A DNA stretch of 64,000 nt, from the NCBI GenBank assembly GCA_964016885.1, contig OZ024745.1, forward strand, positions 8,184,001 to 8,248,000, in the 5' to 3' direction. The notes under the pieces were generated by a model. It searched no databases. It was given only the letters and a program-made list of their open reading frames with translations, and had not been told where the DNA came from. Shown here in pieces: positions 1 to 16,149 of the stretch (position 1 is the stretch's first letter; each line of letters starts with the position of its first letter). Source of the DNA: Eledone cirrhosa (Eukaryota). Position numbers and translations under genes: made by a program.

Positions 1-3000
1 GTACTATATATCTTATTATTCCAGATAGACTGTAGAGACAGTACTATATACCTTATTATTAATGGTAGAGTGTAGAGGCAGTACGATATATACCTTGTTA
101 TTCCTGGTAGAGTGTATAGACAGTAATATATACCTTATTATTCCTGGTAGACTGTAGAGACAGTACTATATACCTTATTATTCCTGGTAGACTGTAGAGA
201 CAGTACTATATGCCTTGTTATTCATGGTGGACTGTAGAGGCAGTACTATATACCTTATTATTCCTGGTAGACTGTAGAGGCAGTACTATATACCTTGTTA
301 TTCCAGGTAGACTGTAGAGGCAGTACTATATACCTTGTTATTCCAGGTAGAGTGTAGAGGCAGTACTATATATATTATTATTCCTGGTAGAGTGTAGAGG
401 CAGTACTATATACCTTATTATTCCTGGTAGACTGTAGAGGCAGTACTATATACCTTGTTATTCCTGGTAGAGTGTAGAGGCAGTACTATATACCTTTGTT
501 ATTCCAGATAGAGTGTAGAGACAGTACTATATAACTTATTATTCCTGGTAGAGTGTAGAGGCAGTACTATATACCTTATTATTCCTGGTAGACTGTAGAG
601 GCAGTACTATATACCTTATTATTCCTGTTAGACTGTAGAGGCAGTACTATATACCTTACTATTCCTGGTAGAGTGTAGAGGCAGTACTATATACCTTTGT
701 TATTCCAGATAGAGTGTAGAGACAGTACTATATACCTTATTATTCCTGGTAGACTGTAGAGGCAGTACTATATACCTTACTATTCCTGGTAGAGTGTAGA
801 GGCAGTACTATATACCTTTTTATTCCTGGTAGACTGTAGAGGCAGTACTATATACCTTGTTATTCCTGGTAGAGTGTAGAGACCGTACTATATACCTTGT
901 TATTCCAGGTAGACTGTAGAGACAGTACTATATAACTTGTTATTCCTGGTAGAGTGTAGAGGCAGTACTATATACCTTATTATTCCTGGTAGATTGTAGA
1001 GGCAGTACTATATACCTTGTTATTCCTGGTAGAGGGTAGAGACAGTACTATATACCTTATAATTATTGCTGGTAGAGTGTAGAGGCAGTACTAAATACCT
1101 TATTATTCCTGGTAGACTGTAGAGGCAGTACTATATACCGTATTATAACTGGTAGACTGTACAGGCAGTATTATATACCTTGTTATTCCTGGTAGACTGT
1201 AGAGGCAGTACTATATACCTTATTATTCCTGGTAGAGTGTAGAGGCAGTACGATATATACCTTGTTATTCCTGGTAGACTGTAATGGCAGTACTATATAC
1301 CTTATTATTCCTGGTAGACTGTAGAGGCAGTACTATATATCTTATTATTCCAGATAGACTGTAGAGACAGTACTATATACCTTATTATTCCTGGTAGAGT
1401 GTAGAGGCAGTACGATATATACCTTGTTATTCCTGGTAGAATGTATAGACAGTAATATATACCTTATTATTCCTGGTAGACTGTAGAGACAGTACTATAT
1501 ACCTTATTATTCCTGGTAGACTGTAGAGACAGTACTATATGCCTTGTTATTCATGGTAGACTGTAGAGGCAGTACTATATACCTTATTATTCCTGGTAGA
1601 CTGTAGAGGCAGTACTATATACCTTGTTATTCCAGGTAGACTGTAGAGGCAGTACTATATACCTTGTTATTCCAGGTAGAGTGTAGAGGCAGTACTATAT
1701 ATATTATTATTCCTGGTAGAGTGTAGAGGCAGTACTATATACCTTATTATTCCTGGTAGACTGTAGAGGCAGTACTATATACCTTATTATTCCTGGTAGA
1801 CTGTAGAGGCAGTACTATATACCTTACTATTCCTGGTAGAGTGTAGAGGCAGTACTATATACCTTTGTTATTCCAGATAGAGTGTAGAGACAGTACTATA
1901 TACCTTATTATTCCTGGTAGACTGTAGAGGCAGTACTATATACCTTACTATTCCTGGTAGAGTGTAGAGGCAGTACTATATACCTTTTTATTCCTGGTAG
2001 ACTGTAGAGGCAGTACTATATACATTTTTATTCCTTGTAGAGTGTAGAGGCAGTACTATATACCTTATTATTCCTGGTAGACTGTAGAGGCAGTACTATA
2101 TACCTTATTATTCCTGGTAGACTGTAGAGGCAGTACTATATACCTTATTATTCCTGGTAGCGTGTAGAGGCAGTACTATATACCTTCTTATTCCCGGTAG
2201 ACTGTAGAGGAAATACTATATACCTTATTATTCCTGGTAGAGTGTAGGGGCAGTACTATATACTTTATTATTCCTGGTAGAGTGTAGAGGCAGTACTATA
2301 TACCTTATTATTCCTGGTAGAGTGTAGAGGCAGTACTATATACCTTATTATTCCTGGTAGACTGTAGAGGCAGTACTATATACCTTGTTATTCCTGGTAG
2401 ACTGTAGAGGATGTACTATATACCTTGTTATTCCTGGTTGAGTGTAGAGGCAGTACTATATACCTTATTATTCCTGGTAGACTCTAGAGGCAGTACTATA
2501 TACCTTGTTATTCCTGGTAGACTGTAGAGGCTGTACTATATACCTTGTTATTCCTGGTAGACTGTAGAGGCAGTACTATATTCCTTATTATTCCTGGTAG
2601 ACTGTAGAGGCAGTACTATATACTTTTTATTCCTGGTAGACTGTAGAGGCAGTACTATATACCTTGTTATTCCTGGTAGACGGTAGAGACAGTACTATAT
2701 ACCTTGTTATTCCAGGTAGAATGTAGAGGCAGTACTATATACCTTATTATTCGTGGTAGAGTGTAGAGGCAGTACTATATACCTTGTTAATCCTGGTAGA
2801 CTGTAGAGGCAGTACTATATACCTTGTTATTCCTGGTAGACTATAGAGACAGTACTATATACCTTATTATTCCTGGTAGAGTGTAGAGGCAGTACTATAT
2901 ACCTTATTATTCCTGGTAGAGTGTAGAGGCAGTACTATATACCTCATTATTCCTGGTACACTGTAGAGGGAGTACTATATACCTTATTATTCCAGGTAGA

Positions 3001-6000
3001 CTGTAGAGGCAGTACTATATACCTTATTATTCCTGGTAGTGTGTAGAGGCAGTACGACATATAACTTGTTATTCCTGGTAGACTGTAATGGCAGTACTAT
3101 ATACCTTATTATTCCTGGTAGACCGTAGAGGCAGTACTATATATCTTATTATTCCAGATAGACTGTAGAGACAGTACTATATACCTTGTTATTCCTGGTA
3201 GAGTGTATAGACAGTACTATATACCTTATTATTCCTGGTAGACTGTAGAGACAGTACTATATGCCTTGTTATTCATGGTAGACTGTAGAGGCAGTACTAT
3301 ATACCTTATTATTCCTGGTAGACTGTAGAGGCAGTACTATATACCTTGTTATTCCAGGTAGACAGTAGAGGCAGTACTATATACCTTGTTATTCCAGGTA
3401 GAGTGTAGAGGCAGTACTATATATATTATTATTCCTGGTAGAGTGTAGAGGCAGTACTATATACCTTGTTATTCTTGGTAGAGTGTAGAGGCAGTACTAA
3501 ATACCTTATTATTCCTGGTAGACTGTAGAGGCAGTACTATATACCGTATTATAACTGGTAGACTGTAGAGGCAGTATTATATACCTTGTTATTCCTGGTA
3601 GACTGTAGAGGCAGTACTATATACCTTATTATTCCTGGTAGAGTGTAGAGGCAGTACGATATATACCTTGTTATTCCTGGTAGACTGTAATGGCAGTACT
3701 ATATACCTTATTATTCCTGGTAGACTGTAGAGGCAGTACTATATATCTTATTATTCCAGATAGACTGTAGAGACAGTACTATATACCTTATTATTCCTGG
3801 TAGAGTGTAGAGGCAGTACGATATATACCTTGTTATTCCTGGTAGAATGTATAGACAGTAATATATACCTTATTATTCCTGGTAGACTGTAGAGACAGTA
3901 CTATATACCTTATTATTCCTGGTAGACTGTAGAGACAGTACTATATTCCTTGTTATTCATGGTAGACTGTAGAGGCAGTACTATATACCTTATTATTCCT
4001 GGTAGACTGTAGAGGCATTACTATATACCTTGTTATTCCAGGTAGACTGTAGAGGCAGTACTATATACCTTATTATTCCAGGTAGAGTGTAGAGGCAGTA
4101 CTATATATATTATTATTCCTGGTAGAGTGTAGAGGCAGTACTATATACCTTATTATTCCTGGTAGACTGTAGAGGCAGTACTATATACCTTATTATTCCT
4201 GGTAGACTGTAGAGGCAGTACTATATACCTTACTATTCCTGGTAGAGTGTAGAGGCAGTACTATATACCTTTGTTATTCCAGATAGAGTGTAGAGACAGT
4301 ACTATATACCTTATTATTCCTGGTAGACTGTAGAGGCAGTACTATATACCTTACTATTCCTGGTAGAGTGTAGAGGCAGTACTATATACCTTTTTATTCC
4401 TGGTAGACTGTAGAGGCAGTACTATATACATTTTTATTCCTGGTAGAGTATAGAGGCAGTACTATATACCTTATTATTCCTGGTAGACTGTAGAGGCAGT
4501 ACTATATACCTTTTTATTCCTGGTAGACTGTAGAGGCAGTACTATATACATTTTTATTCCTGGTAGAGTATAGAGGCAGTACTATATACCTTCTTATTCC
4601 CGGTAGACTGTAGAGGAAGTACTATTTACCTTATTATTCCTGGTAGAGTGTAGAGGCAGTACTATATACTTTATTATTCCTGGTAGAGTGTAGAGGCAGT
4701 ACTATATACCTTATTATTCCTGGTAGAGTGTAGAGGCAGTACTATATACCTTATTATTCCTGGTAGACTGTAGAGGCAGTACTATATACCTTGTTATTCC
4801 TGGTAGACTGTAGAGGCTGTACTATATACCTTGTTATTCCTGGTAGAGTGTAGAGGCAGTACTATATACCTTATTATTCCTGGTAGACTCTAGAGGCAGT
4901 ACTATATACCTTGTTATTCCTGGTAGACTGTAGAGGCTGTACTATATACCTTGTTATTCCTGTTAGACTGTAGAGGCAGTACTATATGCCTTATTATTCC
5001 TGTTAGACTGTAGAGGCAGTACTATATACCTTGTTATTCCTGGTAGACTGTAGAGGCAGTACTATATAGCTTGTTATACCTGGTAGACTGTAGAGGCAGT
5101 ACTATATACTTTTTATTCCTGGTAGACTGTAGAGTCAGTACTATATACCTTGTTATTCCTGGTAGACGGTAGAGACAGTACTATATACCTTGTTATTCCA
5201 GGTAGAATGTAGAGGCAGTACTATATACCTTATTATTCGTGGTAGAGTGTAGAGGCAGTACTATATACCTTGTTAATCCTGGTAGACTGTAGAGGCAGTA
5301 CTATATACCTTGTTATTCCTGGTAGACTATAGAGACAGTACTATATACCTTATTATTCCTGGTAGAGTGTAGAGGCAGTACTATATACCTTATTATTCCT
5401 GGTAGACTGTAGAGGGAGTACTATATACCTTATTATTCCAGGTAGACTGTAGAGGCAGTACTATATACCTTATTATTCCTGGTAGAGTGTAGAGGCACTA
5501 CTATATACATTGTTATTCCTGGTAGAGTGTAGAGGCAGTACTATATAACTTGTTATTCCAGATAGTGTGTAGAGGCAGTACTATATACCTTATTATTCCT
5601 GGTAGACTGTAGAGGCAGTACTATATACCTTGTTATTCCTGGTAGAATGTAGAGGCAGTACTCTATACCTTGTTATTCCTGGTAGACTGTAGAGGCAGTA
5701 CTATATACATTGTTATTCCTGGTAGATTGTAGAGGCTGTACTATATACATTATTATTCCTGGTAGACTGCAGAGACAGTACTATATACCTTCTAATTCCT
5801 GGTAGAATATAGAGGCAGTACTATATACCTTATTATTCCTGGTAGACTGTAGAGACAGTACTATATACCTTATTATTCCTGGTAGAGTGTAGAGACCGTA
5901 CTATATACCTTGTTATTCCAGGTAGATTGTAGAGACAGTACTATATAACTTGTTATTCCTGGTAGAATGTAGAGGCAGTACTATATACCTTGTTATTCCT

Positions 6001-9000
6001 GGTAGAGTGTAGAGGCAGTACTATATACCTTATAATTATTGCTGGTAGAGTGTAGAGGCAGTACTAAATACCTTATTATTCCTGGTAGAGTGTAGGGGCA
6101 GTACTATATACCTTATTATTCCTTTTAGACTGTAGAGACAGTATTATATACCTTGTTATTCCTGGTAGACTGTAGAGGCAGTACTATATACCTTATAATT
6201 ATTGCTGGTAGAGTGTAGAGTCAGTACTAAATACCTTATTATTCCTGGTAGAGTGTAGAGGCAGTACTATATACCTTATTATAACTGGTAGACTGTAGAG
6301 GCAGTATTATATACCTTGTTATTCCTGGTAGACTGTAGAGGCAGTACTATATACCTTATTATTCCTGGTAGAGTGTAGAGGCAGTACGATATATACCTTG
6401 TTATTCCTGGTAGACTGTAATGGCAGTACTATATACCTTATTATTCCTGGTAGACCGTAGAGGCAGTACTATATATCTTATTATTCCAGATAGACTGTAG
6501 AGACAGTACTATATACCTTGTTATTCCTGGTAGAGTGTATAGACAGTACTATATACCTTATTATTCCTGGTAGACTGTAGAGACAGTACTATATGCCTTG
6601 TTATTCATGGTAGACTGTAGAGGCAGTACTATATACCTTATTATTCCTGGTAGACTGTAGAGGCAGTACTATATACCTTGTTATTCCAGGTAGACTGTAG
6701 AGGCAGTACTATATACCTTGTTATTCCAGGTAGAGTGTAGAGGCAGTACTATATATATTATTATTCCTGGTAGAGTGTAGAGGCAGTACTATATACCTTG
6801 TTATTCCTGGTAGAGTGTAGAGGCAGTACTATATACCTTTGTTATTCCAGATAGAGTGTAGAGACAGTACTATATACCTTATTATTCCTGGTAGAGTGTA
6901 GAGGCAGTACTATATACCTTTTTATTCCTGGTAGACTGTAGAGGCAGTACTATATACCTTATTATTCCTGGTAGAGTGTAGAGGCAGTACTATATACCTT
7001 GTTAATCCTGGTAGACTGTAGAGGCAGTACTATATACCTTGTTATTCCTGGTAGACTATAGAGACAGTACTATATACCTTATTATTCCTGGTAGAGTGTA
7101 GAGGCAGTACTATATACCTTATTATTCCTGGTAGAGTGTAGAGGCAGTACTATATACCTCATTATTCCTGGTACACTGTAGAGGGAGTACTATATACCTT
7201 ATTATTCCAGGTAGACTGTAGAGGCAGTACTATATACCTTATTATTCCTGGTAGAGTGTAGAGGCACTACTATATACATTGTTATTCCTGGTAGAGTGTA
7301 GAGGCAGTACTATATACCTTATTATTCCTGGTAGAATGTAGAGGCAGTACTATATACCTTATTATTCCTGGTAGACTGTAGAGACAGTACTATATACATT
7401 GTTATTCCAGATAGTGTGTAGAGGCAGTACTATATACCTTATTATTCCTGGTAGGGTGTAGAGGCAGTACTATATACCTTATTATTCCTGGTAGAGTGTA
7501 GAGACCGTACTATATACCTTGTTATTCCAGGTAGACTGTAGAGACAGTACTATATAACTTGTTATTCCTGGTAGAATGTAGAGGCAGTACTATATACCTT
7601 GTTATTCCTGGTAGAGTGTAGAGGCAGTACTATATACCTTATAATTATTGCTGGTAGAGTGTAGAGGCAGTACTAAATACCTTATTATTCCTGGTAGAGT
7701 GTAGGGGCAGTACTATATACCTTATTATTCCTTTTAGACTGTAGAGACAGTATTATATACCTTGTTATTCCTGGTAGACTGTAGAGGCAGTACTATATAC
7801 CTTATAATTATTGCTGGTAGAGTGTAGTGTCAGTACTAAATACCTTATTATTCCTGGTAGAGTGTAGAGGCAGTACTATATACCTTATTATAACTGGTAG
7901 ACTGTAGAGGCAGTATTATATACCTTGTTATTCCTGGTAGACTGTAGAGGCAGTACTATATACCTTATTATTCCTGGTAGAGTGTAGAGGCAGTACGATA
8001 TATACCTTGTTATTCCTGGTAGACTGTAATGGCAGTACTATATACCTTATTATTCCTGGTAGACCGTAGAGGCAGTACTATATATCTTATTATTCCAGAT
8101 AGACTGTAGAGACAGTACTATATACCTTGTTATTCCTGGTAGAGTGTATAGACAGTACTATATACCTTGTTATTCCTGGTAGAGTGTATAGACAGTACTA
8201 TATACCTTATTATTCCTGGTAGACTGTAGAGACAGTACTATATGCCTTGTTATTCATGGTAGACTGTAGAGGCAGTACTATATACCTTATTATTCCTGGT
8301 AGACTGTAGAGGCAGTACTATATACCTTGTTATTCCAGGTAGACTGTAGAGGCAGTACTATATACCTTGTTATTCCAGGTAGAGTGTAGAGGCAGTACTA
8401 TATATATTATTATTCCTGGTAGAGTGTAGAGGCAGTACTATATACCTTTGTTATTCCAGATAGAGTGTAGAGACAGTACTATATACCTTATTATTCCTGG
8501 TAGAGTGTAGAGGCAGTACTATATACCTTTTTATTCCTGGTAGACTGTAGAGGCAGTACTATATACCTTATTATTCCTGGTAGAGTGTAGAGGCAGTACT
8601 ATATACCTTGTTAATCCTGGTAGACTGTAGAGGCAGTACTATATACCTTGTTATTCCTGGTAGACTATAGAGACAGTACTATATACCTTATTATTCCTGG
8701 TAGAGTGTAGAGGCAGTACTATATACCTTATTATTCCTGGTAGAGTGTAGAGGCAGTACTATATACCTCATTATTCCTGGTACACTGTAGAGGGAGTACT
8801 ATATACCTTATTATTCCAGGTAGACTGTAGAGGCAGTACTATATACCTTATTATTCCTGGTAGACTGTAGAGGCAGTACTATATACCTTGTTATTCCAGG
8901 TAGACTGTAGAGGCAGTACTATATACCTTATTATTCCTGGTAGACTGTAGAGGCAGTACTATATACCTTATTATTCCTGGTAGACTGTAGAGGCAGTACT

Positions 9001-12000
9001 ATATACCTTTTTATTCCTCGTAGAGTGTAGAGGCAGTACGATATACCTTGTTATTCCTGGTATAGTGTAGAGGCAGTACTATATACCTTGTTATTCCTGG
9101 TATAGTGTAGAGACAGTACTATATACCTTGTTATTCCTGGTAGAGTGTAGAGGCAGTACTATATACCTTATTATTCCTGGTAGACTGTAGAGGCAGTACT
9201 ATATACCTTATTATTCCTGGTAGACTGTAGAGGCAGTACTATATACCTTTTTATTCCTCGTAGAGTGTAGAGGCAGTACGATATACCTTGTTATTCCTGG
9301 TATAGTGTAGAGGCAGTACTATATACCTTGTTATTCCTGGTATAGTGTAGAGGCAGTACTATATACCTTGTTATTCCTGGTATAGTGTAGAGGCATTACT
9401 ATATACCTTGTTATTCCTGGTATAGTGTAGAGGCAGTACTATATACCTCATTATTCCTGGTAGACTGTAGAGGCAGTACTATATACATTATTATATCTGG
9501 TAGAGTGTAGAGGCAGTACTATATACCTTATTATTCCTGGTAGAGTATAGAGGCAGTACTATATACATTATTATATCTGGTAGAGTGTAGAGGCAGTACT
9601 ATATACCTTATTATTCCTGGTAGACTGTAGAGGCAGTATTATATACCTTGTTATTCCTGGTAGACTGTAGAGGCAGTACTATATACCTTATTATTCCTGG
9701 TAGCGTGTAGAGGCAGTACTATATAACTTCTTATTCCTGGTAGACTGTAGAGGAAGTATTATATACCTTATTATTCCTGGTAGAGTGTAGAGGCAGTACT
9801 ATATACATTATTATTCCTGGTAGACTGTAGAGACAGTACTATATACCTTATTATACCTGGTAGACTGTAGAGGCAGTACTATATACCTTATTAATCCTGG
9901 TAGACTGTAGAGGCAGTACTATATACCTTGTTATTCCTGGTAGACTGTAGAGGCAGTACTATATACCTTATTATTCCTGGTAGACTGTAGAGACAGTACT
10001 ATATACCTTATTATTCCTGGTATAGTGTAGAGACAGTACTATATACCTTGTTATTCCAGATAGAATGTAGAGGCAGTACTATATACCTTATTATTCCTGG
10101 TAGTGTTTAGAGGCAGTGATATATACCTTGTTATTCCTGGTAGAGTGTAGAGTCAGTACTATATACCTTGTTATTCCTGGTAGAGTGTAGAGGCAGTACT
10201 ATATACCCTATTATTCCTGGTAGACTGTAGAGGCAGTATTATATACCTTATTATTCCTGGTAGACTGTAGAGGCAGTACTATATACCTTATTATTCCTGG
10301 TAGACTGTAGAGGCAGTACTATATACCTACCTTTTTATTCCTGGTAGAGTGTAGAGGCACTACTATATACCTTGTTATTCCTGGTATAGTGTAGAGGCTG
10401 TACTATATACCTTGTTATTCCTGGTAGACTGTAGATGCAGTACTATATACCTTGTTATTCCTGGTAGACTGTTGAGTCAGTACTATATACCTTGTTATTC
10501 CTGATAGACTGTAGAGGCAGTACTATATACCTTCTAATTCCTGGTAGACTGTAGAAGCAGTACTATATACCTTATTATTCCTGGTAGAGTGTAGAGGCAG
10601 TACTATATACCTTGTTATTCCTGGTATACTGTAGAGACAGTATTATATACCTTATTATTCCTGGTAGACGGTAGAGGGAGTACTATATACCTTATTATTC
10701 CTGGTAGAGTGTAGAGGCAGTACTATATACCTTATTATTCCTGGTAGAGTGTAGAAGCAGTACTATATACATTATTATTCCTGGTAGAGTATAGAGGCAG
10801 TACGATATACCTTATTATTCCTGGTAGAGTGTATAGACAGTACTCTTTACCTTATTATTCCTGGTAGAGTGTAGAGGCGGTACTATATACCTTGTTATTC
10901 CTGCTAGACTGTAGAGGCAGTACTATATACCTTATTATTCCTGGTAGACTGTAGAGGCATTACTATATACCTTGTTATTCCTAGTAGACTGTAGAGGCAG
11001 TACTATATACCTTGTTATTGCTGGTAGACTGTAGAGGCAGTACTATATACCTTGTTATTCCTGGTAGACTGTATAGGCAGTACTATATACCTTATTATAC
11101 CTGGTAGACTGTAGAGGCAGTATTATATACCTTGTTATTCCTGGTAGACTGTAGAGGCAGTACTATATACCTAATTATTCCTGGTAGAGTGTAGAGGCAG
11201 TATTATATACCTTGTTATTCCTGGTAGAGTGTAGAGGCAGTACTATATACCTTATTATTCCTGGTAGACTGTAGAGACAGTACTATATACCTTATTATTC
11301 TAGATAGACTGTAGTGACAGTACTATATACCTTGTTATTCCTGGTATAGTGTTTAGAGAATACTATATACCTAATTATTCCTGGTAGACTGTAGAGACAG
11401 TACTATATACCTTATTATTCCTGGTAGACTGTAGAGACAGTACTATATACCTTGTTATTCCTGGTAGACTGTAGAGGCAGTACTATATACCTTATAATTC
11501 CTGGTAGACTGTAGAGACAGTACTATATACCTTATTATTCTAGATAGACTGTAGTGACAGTACTATATACCTTGTTATTCCTGGTATAGTGTTTAGAGAA
11601 TACTATATACCTAATTATTCCTGGTAGACTGTAGAGACAGTACTATATACCTTATTATTCCTGGTAGACTGTAGAGGCAGTACTATATAAATTATTATTC
11701 CTGGTAGACTGTAGAGGCAGTACTATATACCTTATTATTCCTGGTAGACTGTAGAGACAGTACTATATACCTTGTTATTCCTGGTAGAATGTATAGACAG
11801 TACTATATACCTTATTATTCCTGGTAGACTGTAGAGACAGTACTATATACCTAATTATTCCTGGTAGACTGTAGAGACACTACTATATACATTATTATTC
11901 CTGGTAGACTGTAGAGGCAGTACTATATACCTTATTATTCCTGGTAGACTGTAGAGACAGTACTATATACCTTATTATTCCTGGTAGACTGTAGAGGCAG

Positions 12001-15000
12001 TACTATATAAATTATTATTCCTGGTAGACTGTAGAGGCAGTACTATATACCTTATTATTCCTGGTAGACTGTAGAGACAGTACTATATACCTTGTTATTC
12101 CTGGTAGAATGTATAGACAGTACTATATACCTTATTATTCCTGGTAGACTGTAGAGACAGTACTATATACCTAATTATTCCTGGTAGACTGTAGAGACAC
12201 TACTATATACATTATTATTCCTGGTAGACTGTAGAGGCAGTACTATATACCTTATTATTCCTGGTAGACTGTAGAGGCAGTACTCTATACCTTTTTATTC
12301 CTGGTAGAGTGTAGAGGCAGTACTATATACCTTGCTATTCCTGGTAGACTGTAGAGGCTGTACTGTATATCTTGTTATTCCAGGTAGACTGTAGAGGCAG
12401 TACTATATACCTTGTTATTCCTGGTATACTGTAGAGACAGTATTATATACCTTATTATTCCTGGTAGACGGTAGAGGGAGTACTATATACCTTATTATTC
12501 CTGGTAGAGTGTAGAAGCAGTACTATATACATTATTATTCCTGGTAGAGTATAGAGGCAGTACTATATACCTTATTATTCCTGGTAGAGTGTATAGACAG
12601 TACTCTTTACCTTATTATTCCTGGTAGAGTGTAGAGGCAGTACTATATACCTTGTTATTCCTGGTAGACTGTAGAGGCAGTACTATATACCTTGTTATTC
12701 CTGGTAGACTGTAGAGGCAGTACTATATACCTTGTTATTCCTGGTAGACTGTATAGGCAGTACTATATACCTTATTATACCTGGTAGACTGTAGAGGCAG
12801 TATTATATACCTTGTTATTCCTGGTAGACTGTAGAGGCAGTACTATATACCTAATTATTCCTGGTAGAGTGTAGAGGCAGTATTATATACCTTGTTATTC
12901 CTGGTATACTGTAGAGACAGTATTATATACCTTATTATTCCTGGTAGACGGTAGAGGGAGTACTATATACCTTATTATTCCTGGTAGAGTGTAGAAGCAG
13001 TACTATATACCTTATTATTCCTGGTAGAGTTTAGAGGCAGTGATATATACCTTGTTATTCCTGGTAGAGTGTAGAGTCAGTACTATATACCTTATTATTC
13101 CTGGTAGACTGTAGAGACAGTACTATATACCTTGTTATTCCTGGTAGAGTGTATAGACAGTACTATATACCTTATTATTCCTGGTAGACTGTAGAGACAG
13201 TACTATATACCTTATTATTCCTGGTAGACTGTAGAGGCAGTACTATATACCTTATTATTCCTGGTAGACTGTAGAGGCAGTACTATATACCTTTTGATTC
13301 CTGGTAGAGTGTAGAGGCAGTACTATATACCTTATTATTCCTGGTAGAGTGTAGAAGCAGTACTATATACATTATTATTCCTGGTAGAGTATAGAGGCAG
13401 TACTATATACCTTATTATTCCTGGTAGAGTGTATAGACAGTACTCTTTACCTTATTATTCCTGGTAGAGTGTAGAGGCTGTACTATATACCTTGTTATTC
13501 CTGGTAGACTGTAGAGGCAGTACTATATACCTTATTATTCCTGGTAGACTGTAGAGGCATTACTATATACCTTGTTATTCCTAGTAGACTGTAGAGGCAT
13601 TACTATATACCTTGTTATTCCTGGTAGACTGTAGAGGCAGTACTATATACCTCGTTATTCCTGGTAGACTGTATAGGCAGTACTGTATACCTTATTATAC
13701 CTGGTAGACTGTAGAGGCAGTATTATATACCTTGTTATTCCTGGTAGAGTGTAGAGGCAGTACTATATACCTAATTATTCCTGGTAGAGTGTAGAGGGAA
13801 GTATTATATACCTTGTTATTCCTGGTAGACTGTAGAGGCAGTACTATATACCTTATTATTCCTGGTAGACTGTAGAGACAGTACTATATACCTTATTATT
13901 CCAGATAGACTGTAGTGACAGTACTATATACCTTGTTATTCCTGGTAGAGTGTATAGAGAGTACTATATACCTAATTATTCCTGGTAGACTGTAGAGACA
14001 GTACTATACAACTTATTATTCCTGGTAGACTGTAGAGACAGTACTATATACCTTGTTCTTCCTGGTAGACTGTAGAGGCAGTACTATATATCTTATTATT
14101 CCTGGTAGACTGTAGAGACAGTACTATATACTTTATTATTCCTGGTAGAGTGTAGAGGCAGTACTATATACATTATTATTCCTGGTAGACTGTAGAGACA
14201 GTACTATATACCTTGTTATTCCTGGTAGACTGTAGAGGCAGTACTATATACCTTATTATTCCTGGTAGACTGTAGAGACAGTACTATATACCTTGTTATT
14301 CCTGGTAGAGTGTATAGACAGTACTATATACCTTATTATTCCTGGTAGACTGTAGAGACAGTACTATATACCTTATTATTCCTGGTAGACTGTAGAGACA
14401 GTACTATATACCTTGTTATTCCTGGTAGAGTGTATAGACAGTACTATATACCTTATTATTCCTGGTAGACTGTAGAGACAGTACTATATAACTTATTATT
14501 CCTGGTAGAGTGTAGAGGCGGTACTATATACCTTGTTATTCCTGGTAGACTGTAGAGGCAGTACTATATACCTTATTATTCCTGGTAGAGTGTATAGACA
14601 GTACTCTTTACCTTATTATTCCTGGTAGAGTGTAGAGGCGGTACTATATACCTTGTTATTCCTGGTAGACTGTAGAGGCAGTACTATATACCTTATTATT
14701 CCTGGTAGACTGTAGAGGCATTACTATATACCTTGTTATTCCTAGTAGACTGTAGAGGCATTACTATATACCTTGTTATTCCTGGTAGACTGTAGAGGCA
14801 GTACTATATACCTTGTTATTCCTGGTAGACTGTATAGGCAGTACTATATACCTTATTATACCTGGTAGACTGTAGAGGCAGTATTATATACCTTGTTATT
14901 CCTGGTAGAGTGTAGAGGCAGTACTATATACCTAATTATTCCTGGTAGAGTGTAGAGGCAGTATTATATACCTTGTTATTCCTGGTAGACTGTAGAGGCA

Positions 15001-15582
15001 GTACTATATACCTTATTATTCCTGGTAGACTGTAGAGACAGTACTATATACCTTATTATTCCAGATAGACTGTAGTGACAGTACTATATACCTTGTTATT
15101 CCTGGTAGAGTGTATAGAGAGTACTATATACCTAATTATTCCTGGTAGACTGTAGAGACAGTACTATATAATTTATTATTCCTGGTAGACTGTAGAGACA
15201 GTACTATATACCTTGTTATTCCTGGTAGACTGTAGAGGCAGTACTATATATCTTATTATTCCTGGTAGACTGTAGAGACAGTACTATATACCTTATTATT
15301 CCTGGTAGAGTGTAGAGGCAGTACTATATACATTATTATTCCTGGTAGACTGTAGAGACAGTACTATATACCTTGTTATTCCTGGTAGACTGTAGAGGCA
15401 GTACTATAGACCTTATTATTCCTGGTAGACTGTAGAGACAGTAATATATACCTTGTTATTCCTGGTAGAGTGTATAGACAGTACTATATACCTTATTATT
15501 CCTGGTAGACTTTAGAGGGATTTCTGTATACCTTGTTATTCCTGGTAGACTGTAGAGGGTGTACTATATACCTTGTTATTCC
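1..15582. repeat. 40-bp tandem satellite (satellite A), consensus GTACTATATACCTT(A/G)TTATTCCTGGTAGA(C/G)TGTAGAG(G/A)CA, about 390 monomers, open at the window start
   Basis: Continuous head-to-tail 40-mers read directly. The last partial unit ends ...ccttgttattcc at 15582 and unique sequence follows. Most monomers carry AGTACT (ScaI). Confidence 0.99.
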
Positions 15583-15999
15583 ACATCGTCTCTTTCTATT
15601 AAAATGTTGACTACTATATCTAGCAGGCCAATTGATCATGTGAAGGTCGATCCTTATAGACGAGAAAATGTGAGATTTGTGATGTTCATGTATTTCCAAG
15701 TAGGGGAATTACTGAAATAATCAAAGAAAGGTGAAGTAATATTTGTAAGAGAGAAGTTGGTGGAGGGGAAGTGGAGGGAAAGAAAGGTAAAATAAAAGAA
15801 GCAAAAAAGATGAATAAGGTGGGAGATAATTAGTGAGAGAAGTGGATGAGAGGTGAAATTCGGCAATGACCGAGAAAGAAAGGAACAAAAAAGAAAAGGG
15901 AAAGAAAGATTTAAAAAATACTTTGCTTGTTTCTATTGTGATGCAAACAATTTATGTTGCAAATATCGTCTGCTAATTATCATCACTACAGTAAACAGG

Positions 16000-16135
16000 A
16001 GGGTGGTGGTGGTGGTAACTGTAGTGATGGTGGTGGTGGTGATGTTGTTGGTGTAGTTAATGATGAAAGTGGTGGTGGTGGTGTTAATGATGACAGTTGT
16101 GGTGGTGGTGGTGGTGGTGACTGTGGTGGTGGTGT
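16000..16135. repeat. Degenerate (GGT)n microsatellite
   Basis: Runs of ggtggtggt interrupted by gat/gtt triplets. Confidence 0.9.
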
Positions 16136-16149
16136 GGCCTGGCACTTTA

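Noticed and set aside
1-15582. CRISPR array
   Set aside because: The whole 40-mer repeats with no unique spacers, there are no cas genes, and the context is eukaryotic. The same applies to satellite B.
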